From: a virus
Taxonomy: Duplodnaviria; Caudoviricetes
IMG/VR virus record: IMGVR_UViG_3300012344_000011
Coordinates: 64,001 to 128,000 of that record
Strand: one strand, 5' to 3'
Length of the DNA stretch: 64,000 nt
The notes under the pieces: generated by a model
What the model was told of the DNA's origin: nothing
The model's database searches: none
What the model saw: the letters and a program-made list of their open reading frames with translations, nothing else
In this document: piece by piece, positions 37,903 through 48,453 of the stretch
How the letters are laid out: each line of letters starts with the position of its first letter
Numbering within the stretch: position 1 is the stretch's first letter
Made by a program: the position numbers and the translations under genes

Positions 37903-39492
37903 TTATCCACTACTCTCAATATTTCGTAGTGTTTTTTCAGACTTTTCATCATCTGGTTTTGGCGGTCGTCCTCCCTGATTGTCACTGGATGGCAAACCGG
38001 TCTTTTGCTTTTCATCATTATCATTAGTGGATGCCTTATTTCCACTCATGGTAGATGACATTTGCGGCGGAACAAATAAATCATTGAGATCCATTATTTG
38101 ATTCTCAAAAACGGCTGTTGCAAGAATGTCTGATTGAGAGTGTCCAAGAGCAACTTGAGGTAATAATTTGGAAAAACCAAGTTGTGTTTGTTCTTTGTAG
38201 ATTTTAGAGAGATCTTTATAATTGTAAATTGTTGTTGGTAACATACCAACACAATACTTTAGTCTTTTAGCATTCTTATTGAAAGGAGCTAAAAGTCTCT
38301 CAGTATAATCCGCAAACTGTGATAATAAATCATTCATTGTTGCTTCGTCATTTGCAATTGATTTATCTAACGCCGTCTGCCCATCTGTATTGAATTGCTT
38401 TTGGCTAACGCCAGCTTCATTATAAAGTGAGCGTTCAACTCTTTCAAGTTCATCAATAGACGAGGCATTACCTTTATCAGCTAAATCCGCAACATCAACA
38501 TCCGCAAACGTTGTCAAAACATCAAGTCCAATAGCATCACCAACCATATTTACTACGTTGTTATGTAATGCATTAGCTTCTGCCACATCGAAGATTAAAT
38601 CTCCATTTTTGTCAATTGGCATTTTCTGTATGATAAGTTTGAGAAGTTGTTGCTGCATTTTAACTTTGTCTAACTGCTTGGCTTCTTCCAAGTCTAAAAT
38701 TGCGGGAATAACTGAAATGAATAGCGGCGCGTCACTACCACTTAAGTTAAACTTCACAGTTTTTGACGGATCTAATAGAAACCAACCAGCTTCATCGCCA
38801 TTGAAATCTTTTTGCAAAGAACCATTCTTATAGGCGATATAAGCTTTTTGAAATTCTTTAGGGAAACTCTTCAAAACTTTTAATCTGTAGATGTTGTCCG
38901 TAAAGCAAGCATCAAAAAACTTAATATTAAACTCCACCGCCGCTATGCCGTTAACTTCATATCTTGAACGGCAGTAGTCGGCGGGTAGTTTCTGCAAATA
39001 AACGGCTGTTGGCTCATCAATAATATAGCCATAATAGCAGCCTTGTTTGATAACATCTAAAGCATATCTTCCAAAATTTCTCTTTAGTTTACAGTTATCT
39101 AAGTATGTACTAGCCTTCATCCATCCTTCAATGACTTTCTCATCTTTTACTCTTTCATCATACCTATGTGGGGTTATGAACCAGTCATATCTGTATAGAT
39201 AAGCCATGTAACGGCAAAGTCTTCCGTAGATACCACTTCTTAAAGCAAAGTATTCAGAAATACGTCTAAGCTCTGACACATTATTATTGTCAATTGCTCT
39301 TTCAATATCTTTTCTATCATATTTTCTCTTTCGTGTAGAACCTAGATAGTCGCTTACAATAGAAGAAGTAAGACTACCATTCAAAGACGATTGGCCTACC
39401 TTGATTTTGGAAAAATCAAGAGTGGCCTTCGTTGCTGTTGATTCGCTCTGAAGTCTAAAATCTCTTTGACTTCTATCTCTCAAAGTAGCCAA
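37903..39492 (-). CDS. Portal protein
   Basis: 529 aa between terminase and protease; C-terminal GGRPPKPDDEKSEKT typical of portal proteins. Confidence 0.8.
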   Translation of the reverse strand: MATLRDRSQRDFRLQSESTATKATLDFSKIKVGQSSLNGSLTSSIVSDYLGSTRKRKYDRKDIERAIDNNNVSELRRISEYFALRSGIYGRLCRYMAYLYRYDWFITPHRYDERVKDEKVIEGWMKASTYLDNCKLKRNFGRYALDVIKQGCYYGYIIDEPTAVYLQKLPADYCRSRYEVNGIAAVEFNIKFFDACFTDNIYRLKVLKSFPKEFQKAYIAYKNGSLQKDFNGDEAGWFLLDPSKTVKFNLSGSDAPLFISVIPAILDLEEAKQLDKVKMQQQLLKLIIQKMPIDKNGDLIFDVAEANALHNNVVNMVGDAIGLDVLTTFADVDVADLADKGNASSIDELERVERSLYNEAGVSQKQFNTDGQTALDKSIANDEATMNDLLSQFADYTERLLAPFNKNAKRLKYCVGMLPTTIYNYKDLSKIYKEQTQLGFSKLLPQVALGHSQSDILATAVFENQIMDLNDLFVPPQMSSTMSGNKASTNDNDEKQKTGLPSSDNQGGRPPKPDDEKSEKTLRNIESSG

Positions 39493-39501
39493 TGTCCCTC
39501 C

Positions 39502-39870
39502 TTAATAACTATTTATCAAGTTCATTAGATAATCATAACTTAGCTTATTCTCTTCTGTAAAAGGAATCGTAATAAGTTTTAAGTTATGGTCTAAACAGTA
39601 TTTTCTTTTTTTAGCATCATTATGCTGTTGACGATAAAGTCCTTTTGCCCCACCAAATTTGGGAATGGCCATATAATGTTGCCGTCCATTATATTCTATC
39701 AAGCAATCAAGATTTCCATCATCATCAAATAAAGCGAAGTCAAACCGCAAATGCTTACCATTCTCTGCGGTCAAGTCATCAAATATATATTCTTCTTCAA
39801 AAGGAATATTTCCATATTCTAAGTAAGAATGAATCTTTCTTTCGCCTTCACTAGACAGCAAATCAATCAC
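39502..39870 (-). CDS. PD-(D/E)XK / DUF559-like endonuclease
   Basis: LRFDFAL...LIEYNGRQHY...NDAKKRKYCLDHNLKLITIPF. Confidence 0.7.
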   Translation of the reverse strand: MIDLLSSEGERKIHSYLEYGNIPFEEEYIFDDLTAENGKHLRFDFALFDDDGNLDCLIEYNGRQHYMAIPKFGGAKGLYRQQHNDAKKRKYCLDHNLKLITIPFTEENKLSYDYLMNLINSY

Positions 39871-39957
39871 CTCCTTTAGAGAAGCAATAAACTTCTTTGT
39901 CTATTTGTATATAAAAATAGCAAAGATTGAATAATATTGTTTTGTCCATATTTTTTC

Positions 39958-42900
39958 CTAATTTTTAGATCCAATTTTAGTGAACAAAGTCATAGCACTC
40001 AAATCTCTACTTGCTCTTCCTTTTCCTTTGTCCTCTTGGAGCTTGCAATAATAAAGACCATAAATCAAAGCAGATACTTTATCGTGCTTGATTTTTGCGT
40101 TTGCGGGCTTGAGGATAATAGTTTGTCCCTCAGATTTATCAACCAAATTGGCAAGCTGTTCCCGCAATACATTAGTAAGAACAAAAGGCTTGAGGTATTC
40201 ATTTCTTTTTTCAATAGACATTTTTTGCCCACTACTTTGAGACATAAGTTTGTTTTTAGCAATACTATCATCAATTAAGAATTTTAGTTTACCATGCTGC
40301 ATCTGCGTTTGGCAATAAGAATACATTTCAGAGTTGAGAGTAGCGTTTGCCCGCATTAGATACATCGCATTATGAATAGTATCTGGCGTCTCAAAGTTTT
40401 TATATTTTCTTCTTCCTGTTTTAGGATCTGGATCATCGTTGATAACACCTCAGTTATATAAGACTTCTCCTGTTTGCGGATCTACTTGATCTGTTACTAA
40501 GAAGTCTACTAGACCTGTACCTAAGCCATTAGCGTCAACCACTGCTACTTTACAGCGGTACTGTTGGAAAATTTGTTTGATTCTAATTGCTTGTTGTCCA
40601 AAGTGTTCCGCATCAATTGTATAAATATTCACAATTTTTTTGATTGGTACGCCTGTCAAAGATGGCATTACTTTGATCACTAAAATTTCAGTCGTACAAT
40701 TGAAACGACCAACATCAACGCCCAAGAGGTAGTATATCTTAGGAGTGTTTTTACCCGAAGGAGTATATTCAGGTAAGTTGATAATGCGGTTGCGGTCAAA
40801 CACTTCTGTACTAAAGAATGCGGCTTCCACATCTCCTGCTCAATTAGAGTTATATTCTCTTTCAAATGTTGCTTCATTGAACGTCATATAATCCAATATT
40901 TCTATTGGTACTGACTATCTCTTACTTAATATTATATTAAGAAACCCTTTTCGAAGCACTTCTCACTAGTGCCCCTACTTCTGTAAACCAGAATAGTCGA
41001 TACAGCTTCAATTATTCTTCATATTTTTATAAATATGAAGAATAAAAGCTTGCCACGGGATTACCATATCATAAAGACTTAGGCTTCCCCGTTAGCTTAT
41101 TTTAGTAAATAAACCCCGCTGAGAAACGGAAAAAGTTTTTAGGGCGCGTTCTTCTTTCACCCTCAAGTTTGAGGTCGCTAACGAAAGAGCCAGAGATAAG
41201 CTTTTCCGCAACTGGGATTCTCCAGTCTCCACCAAAAACAAAAGCCTGATCTGGTCTAGCAACCATTTGACACAACATTTGAATTAGTCTATCATAAGCA
41301 TAAGTATTCTTATATCCCGCAGACGTAACAAAAGTTTGCGCTTGGTTCAAAATTTCATTTTCATCTACACTTCCGTCTGGAAGTCTTCTAGAAACATTAA
41401 GAGTAGGAATAATAACTTGCTGTAGCATATCTTGGTCTAATGTTGCAGCTTCTTCCATCACATATATTCTACGTAAATCGCCAATTTACGCACGTTTTTA
41501 ACTGCTGCATATCACTATGCAGATTAGACTATATCTTCTTATATTTATAATATAAGTTCCCTTTTTCCACTATCAGTGGCTTATAGTGTACGATTTTCAT
41601 CTAGTCGTTGAACCTTTTGCTATCCGCAACTTGGCTGCTGATTGTCTAATCTGTTTACTTTTTGAACTATCACGCTTACCATTTCTAGTTACGTTGTAGT
41701 GTAAACAGTCCTAAAGAGTTTCCAGCAATTAAGGGAATTTATTGAGCTGAGCTGATGGATAATGTTAACCCAGCTTGAAAACGACGTCCTCTTGTTTTAT
41801 CAGAGCACGCAACATTTTCTATTGTTGAACCATTTTTAAAAGTATAAATTACGCTATCTTTTGTTTGTCTTGTGCGGACGGTGCCCATTCCACGTGTATC
41901 CCAAATAACTTCTTTTGAGAAAGCTGGAATAAGTTTACAAATTTCTGAAATTTTGTCACTCAAAATTGATGCTGACTGTTCCTTCAGTTCTGTTATCGCA
42001 AAGGCTTTTTATCCTTTACTTCTTATACTTTTTTTCGTATAAGCTCGGCATATCTTTTCTTCCTATAAAGCAATAGGAGTCGCGGCCTCTTGGTAGGATT
42101 ATATCTTTTCACCTACTATGCTCTGCCCCTGACTGTAGTTCCTACAGCCTTCGGTTCGGGTTAGCGTCTCAGCCTTCCCGCTTAGTTCCGCGATTTATTT
42201 TTACTAAATTACTTTAGTAGAGGGCAAGTTTAGTATTTTGACATTCTTTATAATTCAAATATTTTTGATATTTTCTATCTAAATAAACAGTTGTATCACT
42301 ATAAATCAAATCTAAAAAAGCATTGATTTTTTCTTTATCTCCAGTTTGTATTCTATATGCTCCATCAGGTTTTTCATAATGAACTGGATATAATGAACAA
42401 TTTTCAAATAAACCAACTTGGTTTTTCAACCCTTTCAAAAAATCTTGACTACCTAAAATATTCATTCCTAGCTTATTTGCATACCAGAAAGAGCCATCTC
42501 CATCAAAGTATCCTCTAAGAAAAGGTGCTAAAAAATTATTTGGAACTTGTTCTTCATTAGGAAAATTTTAGAATAAGACTTCTACGTGATACACATCCTA
42601 GCTTTACTAAGTCTTGATTTATTGTTTTATTTTTGAATTGATAACGAAAACCACTAAGATTTTCTCTATGATATATTTTATTGTTTCTTCCAATAAAATT
42701 TTTGAATTTGACAAGATGAAAATAATCTTGCTCTTGTAGAGTTAGTTCAATACCATAGTCATAGTTTTTCCATTATGAATATATCCATCTGCTTCTAAGA
42801 ATCCAAGTCAATAAGCTTTTTCTTCATTATCAATTATCTTGAATTTATTTTCATCAAAAAACAATCTAAGCACTCCCTTCACTGTCTATATATTTTTACC

Positions 42901-43236
42901 CTCAGCAACAGTGAACAAGTGCGCACCTGGATACAAGATTGCTTTTATCATTAGCGACATGACAGAAAGAAATGACTTAGAATAAGCACGGCAGAAAACC
43001 GCATATGAATACTTGTGCCGCATTATCGCCCGCAATGTAAGTCTTTGAAAAAAGAAAAAGTGGAAAGTGTTGTCAGGATTGAGACTGCATAAATAATCTA
43101 TGAATCTGTCTGGGTATACTCTCCAATAGGCAATAGCATCTCTAAATTCATCTAAGTGTTGTAGAAGTAAATCTTCTGTAATCTCAATTTCATAATTGTC
43201 TGGATTTTGATTTTTCAGTAAATCTTTTAGCGCCAT
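39958..43236 (-). CDS. terL: Terminase large subunit, 4 exons (42898-43236, 41768-41984, 41159-41460, 39958-40884), 2 TGA=Trp
   Basis: Walker A-like FCRAYSKSF; VAEG|KEQSA; RGRRFQAG|LMEE (Walker B); LEG|TFNEATFEREYNSN-W-AG; nuclease motifs LGVDVGR, VVDANGLG and HDKVSA. Exons sum to 595 codons. Confidence 0.9.
40885..41158 (-). mobile_element. Group I intron 3 of terL (no ORF)
   Basis: Exon ends GAGGGU with P1 to GCCCU; TCGACTA / GAGATAGTC P7; terminal G. Confidence 0.88.
41461..41767 (-). mobile_element. Group I intron 2 of terL (no ORF)
   Basis: P1 GCUGGGU/GCUCAGC; AATTGCTGGAAA, AATCAGCAGCCAAG, TTCAACGACTA and AAGATATAGTCT core; terminal G; removal restores GLMEE. Confidence 0.9.
41985..42897 (-). 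mobile_element. Group I intron 1 of terL with a degenerate LAGLIDADG ORF
   Basis: Core GCTAACCCGAACC...GCAGAGCATAG...AAGATATGCCG...AACAGAACTG; removal restores AEGKEQ. Confidence 0.88.
42214..42873 (-). pseudogene. LAGLIDADG endonuclease with two frameshifts
   Basis: EEKAY-W(TGA)-LGFLEADG and FLRGYFDGDGS. One base is missing in an A-run (~42765-42769) and there is one extra base in a T-run (~42562-42565). Confidence 0.75.
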
Positions 43237-44462
43237 TATTCAATCTCACCTGCCAACCGCATCGCTTCTTCCTCAATTTCATTTTCAAGATAACGAGAAA
43301 ATTCTTCTGCCTCTTGATCTGTTAAGCAATTTGCTTCAGCTTCATCTGCTTGAGAAAGAATGAAGTCATCGTCTAAGAGATTGTCTTTTTGCTGCTGTTC
43401 TTGCTGTTGCTGCTCAAGCTTGTCGATATAAGATTCAATTAGATTACCAAGACCAAGCTCTTTCGTAACAAGATTGTAATTGTATTGCTTCATATCTTTG
43501 ATACAGAAATCAATTTTATCTTGCGGGTAGTCATCTGGATTAGGAATATTGGGAATAATGCCACCCTTCTTCTCAACCAAGAAAACCAGCTGTCCAATAG
43601 AATCGAAGTCTTTTTGTTGATTTTCTTTATTTTGTGCTTTGGTTAGATTAGCTGATTTCCGCAATGAATCATAGGTAGAAGAGAAAGATTTATATGCGTT
43701 AGTGTCTCCTACTGTTAATGCTTCATTCATTTTTAGATAGACTTGACAGATTTGCCGCACTACTGCTTTACTGTCTACATTGAGATCAAACGTTTGTTCG
43801 TAATCATGATACATCTGTTCCATTGACAACCACTGAGAAGGTTTATAATTATCACCCCATTTAGTCGCCATTTCAATTTTTTCATCTGCGGTCAAAGAGC
43901 TTAAAATTTCTTTTTCTCTTTCTTCTTTAGCTTTTTCCGCAGAAGTGTCTGAGAAAGTATATTCTTTTTCAGTATGATCTATACCTCTAGAGAGAGGGTT
44001 CAGAGTATTGAACTCTGCCTGAGAAATTTCTCCCGCGTCTAATTTCGTTTGAAGTTCCATAAATTCTTGTTGAGCTTCTTCTGAATTGACTGCGGCTTGT
44101 TTCTCAAGGCTTTTCTTAGTGCGCTCTTCTTCCAAGAGAGCAAGTTTGACTGTATCTGAGTAATTGTATTTTAGATATTGCGTCATATTCATCATCCGCA
44201 AATATCTGCCAAGGACTGATGCACTTCCAAAAGAAAGCGGATTTTTGTCATAGGCTTTTTGCGCTTCATCTTTCCAAACTTTTTCAATATAAGGAACATC
44301 AAATTTTTCTAAGATTCATTTGAAAGTTTCAGGCTCGTCATTTTTTATATACATGGTTAGGCAACTTTTGCAAACAGGAAAGCGTGTGTGTTCACGTGTC
44401 ATAAAGAAGTCTTTTTCAGGACGCTCTCTGCCGCATTGGTTGCAAACAATTCTTTCAGCCAT
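43236..44462 (-). CDS. Zn-finger protein, probable terminase small subunit (1 TGA=Trp)
   Basis: MAERIVCNQC...VCKSCLTM...TFK-W-ILEKFDVPYI; its stop overlaps the terL ATG. Confidence 0.6.
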
Positions 44463-45539
44463 TTATTCCTCCTTTGCTACTTGATTGCGGCAACACTTGC
44501 AAGCGGAATAATATCCATCTTTAGTTGTGTTTTTGCCAAAGAAGTAAGGATGCATTGGCTTGGATTTGCCGCACTTGCTACATTTTTTCCATTCTGTTGG
44601 GCGATGGGCAGAATAGTACCAAAGTACCCAGTCTTTGCGGGCTTGCTCTGCGATTAGTTTAGGAATGCGTTGACGCCAAATTGAAGAATAATATTGCTCA
44701 CTATGTTCAATGCCGTCCAGCCGCATCCTTTCTTGAATTTCTCTATTGGAAATGCCATCTGTCTTTCATAGGATTAGGTTGTAGTAGGGTGAGTCTTGCG
44801 GGAATAGCTTTGATATTAGATCTTCTAGTTCAATAAGCATTCACCGCACATCATTGGATAAGTGTTCATATGTGTCTTGTTTCAATTGAGAATAATTGCA
44901 GAGGAGATATGAAACGTGATCAGGCTCCAAGAGAGAAAGTTGAGAGTCAATAATAAGAGAACCATCTGGCCGCATCGTAATTTTTTCAGAGATCTCAGCG
45001 CAACGATCATTGAGGTTGACTGGTTTAGCGGTTGTAGAAGGCGTTCCCTTGAGGGATGCGCGAGTAAGGTATAGCTGTTGCCATTGTTCAACTATTTGTT
45101 TTTTGATTGAATATTTGCGGCTGCCCTTACTTTTATTTGCCATTGATGTAAGAGATTGAATGGTTGCGTACTGCTCTTTGAGTTGCGGGAAAGTCTCCAG
45201 TTCTTCTTTTGTAATTTTTTCTTTACGATCTAAGAGTTGGTTCTTATCATTGTTGATAAGAGAGTGAAGACCATCTTCACCATTCTCAAGAGCATCTATC
45301 ATTCCTTCGTATGAAGTTTGTCTTTTATTGATAGTAATTTCTCTATTCTTGGTAGTGATAGAATATTTAGTGTTACGTTCTTTTTTTGTTTGAGTTTTAT
45401 CAGATATAAAGAGAAGGTAATTTGATAAATATTCTAAGAGGTAAGGTGTAAGTTCTTCCTCTGGGGTTTTTGAAATGAAGTTTTCTACTTTTTTGACTCG
45501 CTCTTGCGGATCAGTGATTGAATAATTTAGATAAAACAT
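44463..45539 (-). CDS. HTH + C-terminal Zn-finger protein, putative transcription regulator (2 TGA=Trp)
   Basis: In frame through TGA at 44841 and 44766. KTDGISNREIQE...HSEQYYSSIWRQRIPK is HTH-like; KKCSKC...SACKCC. Confidence 0.6.
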
Positions 45540-45561
45540 TTATTCCTCCTTTACTACAATA

Positions 45562-45591
45562 AGTATAACACAACAGGTAGGAGGCTGTAAA
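45562..45591 (-). promoter_or_regulatory. Sigma70-type promoter of the HTH/Zn-finger-terminase operon
   Basis: TTTACA-N18-TATACT with an extended TG. Confidence 0.55.
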
Positions 45592-46218
45592 GAAAATTTA
45601 TAGACAAAAATAAAATTTTTTGTTATTTTAAAAAGTTATTGGAAATTTTTTATACTTTTATTTTTTGTCTTTCATAAGCTATGTTTTAAAATTGCTTTTG
45701 GAAATTTTTTGAAATTGTATAATCCATATGTTACATTTTGAAATTGCTTTTGGAAATTTTTTGTGCGTGGTAAAAGACATTTACAAAAAAATAAAAATTC
45801 TGTCCTGATACACACCCCCTCGGTATATAATATCATAGAGCACATATGCTTACAATCAAGAAATGCGATAATTAGCTTGCCATTGTATGTATCGTCTCGG
45901 AGAAATAATGGCAATCATCTAACACCCCCGTCTACAAGGTTTATGCAATAGTTACCTTTGCTTGGCAAGTACAGCACAGTCCAGTAATAAAACACCTCCG
46001 ACACCACTTGTATGTCCAAGAGAAAAGGGTAGATGTGCGGCAATAGCTCTAAGATGTAATGTGCAGTACATATGCTCTCTTTCTTTACATATTCATCTAT
46101 CGCCGCAAGCATAAAGTGTCCGGTCGCGTGCGGTGTACGCGACCGAGTTTGCCATTGACAAACTCGGAAAAATTTTTGTCTAAAAAATTTTTTCGGTGAG
46201 TGGCATTGATCGTCCCAT

Positions 46219-46357
46219 TACCGTTCACCGATTATTTGCTACCGTTCACCGATTACCGTTCACCGATTATTTGCTACCGCTCACCGATTACCGTTCACCG
46301 ATTATTTGCTACCGCTTACCGATTACCATTCACCGACAATTCACTACCGTTCACCGA
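46219..46357. repeat. Tandem array of about 8 TACCGTTCACCGA units
   Basis: The 13-mer alternates with T and TTATTTGC spacers, giving a 35-bp dimer period. Confidence 0.9.
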
Positions 46358-46609
46358 TTCGCTATTGACAACCAGCTATTGAACACACAATGTCACGCGC
46401 CGCCAAGCGTTTCTCTGTCGCTTACCAGCTGCCCTCCTTTGTCGCTTGCTGACTAGGTGAGTTGTGTGGGTTGTGTGGAGAGTGCTTGACTGTGCTTACC
46501 TTTAGTGGTATCATGTAGTTGAGTGCTTTATTGATGATGAATGCACGCTCATCTAAAGCGTCCAATGAGGGCGAAATATTATCGCACCCATGAGAAAGAT
46601 TGTCAAGAA

Positions 46610-46970
46610 AAATTTTGTGGAGATTATGTGTAGACTATGTGTATTTATTGTGTGCCTATTGTGTAGATTGTGTGTATTTATTGTGTAGACTATGTGTAGT
46701 TGTTATGTTTATTATGTGTAGAAACTATCCAATGAGGGCGAAATATTGTAACACGCACCAAGGAAAAAGTCAAGAGATTTTCTCAACTTTTTTATGTAGA
46801 TTCTATGCATTTATTGTGTTTGTTCTATGTACTTATTGTGTAGCTATTATGTTTATTCTATGTAGACTATGTGTAGTTATTATGTTTATTATGTGTAGCT
46901 ATTGTGAGTATTGTATGTGATTATTGTGTTTATTATGTGAAGTTATTATGTAGGTTATGTGTAGATATGT
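46610..46970. repeat. Low-complexity TTATGTGTAGA/TTATTGTGT repeat tracts
   Basis: Many degenerate copies lying between antisense promoter repeats. Confidence 0.8.
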
Positions 46971-47350
46971 AACGTGAGCTTGGTAAGTGGACGAAATATT
47001 GTAGCACACGCCAAGAAAAAAGTCAACAACAAATTAGAAAAAACAAAGAAAAACTTTTTGCATTTATTTTGTTTCTAAGGGTTGATCACTTTGCCCAAGT
47101 GTGATACCATTAGACTGATACTCTTTTTTGCTCCGCGCGGGAATTTATCTTTAGTTTTTGTATTAGAAAGAAGAAAAGACTAATTGTGATTTTTTGTGAA
47201 AGAAAAATATTTTTAAGATTTTTATTTGACTTTATGGTACAATGAAAGGTTAGCACAATTTTCAAGGGAATAGCAATTTGCCGCAATTATTTGTTGACTA
47301 AACAAAAAAATAGTAGTATAATTAAGCTTGAAAGATAAAGGGGTGAAGAA

Positions 47351-47800
47351 ATGGAAGAACCTATTGTTTATGTGCTTGTTGGTTGCCCTGCTTGCGGCAA
47401 GTCTACTTTTGCAAAAAGCTTTGATAATGATACTATCGTTATTTCATCTGATGCTATTCGTGAAGAACTCTATGGAGACGAAGCAATTCAAGGAAACGGC
47501 AACGAAGTTTTTGGCTTATACTATGATCGTGCAATTGCCGCTATTGAAGATGGCTACAATGTAATTCTTGACGCTACAAACGTAACGCGCAAAGCAAGAA
47601 AGAATATTTTCTCTACTTTTGGAAAGAGTAATATTGACTGTAAATTTGTTGCAATTTGTTTTGAAAAAGAGCTTGATGTTTTGCTAAAACAAAATGCAGG
47701 AAGAGCAAGAAAAGTTCCTAGAGAAGTAATTGAAAGAATGTATAATAATTATGTGCGCCCGGTAGAGCAAGAAGGGTTTGACAGAATAGTTTTTATGTAG
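47351..47800 (+). CDS. AAA_33 P-loop kinase (polynucleotide kinase-like)
   Basis: LVGCPACGKST, ISSDAIR, ILDATN and RKVPREVIERM; TTGACT...TATAAT promoter upstream. Confidence 0.85.
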   Translation: MEEPIVYVLVGCPACGKSTFAKSFDNDTIVISSDAIREELYGDEAIQGNGNEVFGLYYDRAIAAIEDGYNVILDATNVTRKARKNIFSTFGKSNIDCKFVAICFEKELDVLLKQNAGRARKVPREVIERMYNNYVRPVEQEGFDRIVFM

Positions 47801-47959
47801 TGAAATATTGTAACACTCTAGCCAAAATGCTTAGAGTTGGGCGAAATTATACCACGCACGCTAGAGAAAATCAAGAGAAAAGATAAAAAAGTTTTTTATT
47901 TTTTAGTATTGACACGTTATGCCTGATACTGTATCATGTACTTGTACCCAAGAGAAAGT

Positions 47960-48179
47960 TGTTTATTCTGCTTATGCGGCAATTGAAACTTGTTTTGAAG
48001 TACCTGAAAAGTATGAGTTTTACTTCAACAAAGATTCTATTGATTGGACAGACGAAGAATACAAACTTTGGAAAGAAACAGACTTTGATTGTTGGGTTGA
48101 AGATGCATTCTATGAGAATGCAAAAATCAAATCTGTTTTGCCCGAAGATTATGCTCTAGAAGAAGTCGTTGTTGAATAA
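47960..48179 (+). pseudogene. Acidic small gene, apparently lacking its RBS and start
   Basis: The leader GTACCCAAGAGAAAG runs straight into coding sequence, whereas the copy at 48736 continues GGAAAATG. Confidence 0.4.
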
Positions 48180-48264
48180 AAGATAAAAAGTTTTCAGAAA
48201 CCTCTTGCAAGAGCAATGGGTTTCTGTTATACTAAAGAAGTAATCAAGAGAAAGGAAATGACAA

Positions 48265-48453
48265 ATGATTAGAAAGATAAATTATTATGATACTTTGCTT
48301 GAACTGTTCCCTGACCACGAAGATGCTCTAGAGCTTTATTTCAAACTCACCTCAGGAAGCGACTTGGAAAAAGCAAATGATATTTGTTGGTACTATTGCG
48401 GAATGGACTTTTGGCAAGTGCTAGAAGAAGATAAAGTTTGTTTCAATGACTAA
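48265..48453 (+). CDS. Small hypothetical protein
   Basis: Promoter TTGCAA..TATACT and GAAAGG SD. Confidence 0.6.
   Translation: MIRKINYYDTLLELFPDHEDALELYFKLTSGSDLEKANDICWYYCGMDFWQVLEEDKVCFND

Noticed and set aside
39958-43236. Inteins in terminase
   Set aside because: The insertions contain stops and group I core elements, and lack C/S...HN intein termini.
1583-44657. Plus-strand ORFs in the structural module
   Set aside because: They are antisense shadows of long minus-strand genes.
253-45539. Decayed prophage or many pseudogenes
   Set aside because: Breaks are all in-frame TGA or clean introns, with no frameshifts or TAA/TAG interruptions apart from one endonuclease.
46196-46920. ORFs 46196-46456, 46200-46382 and 46600-46920
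   Set aside because: They are translations of tandem or low-complexity repeats without an SD.
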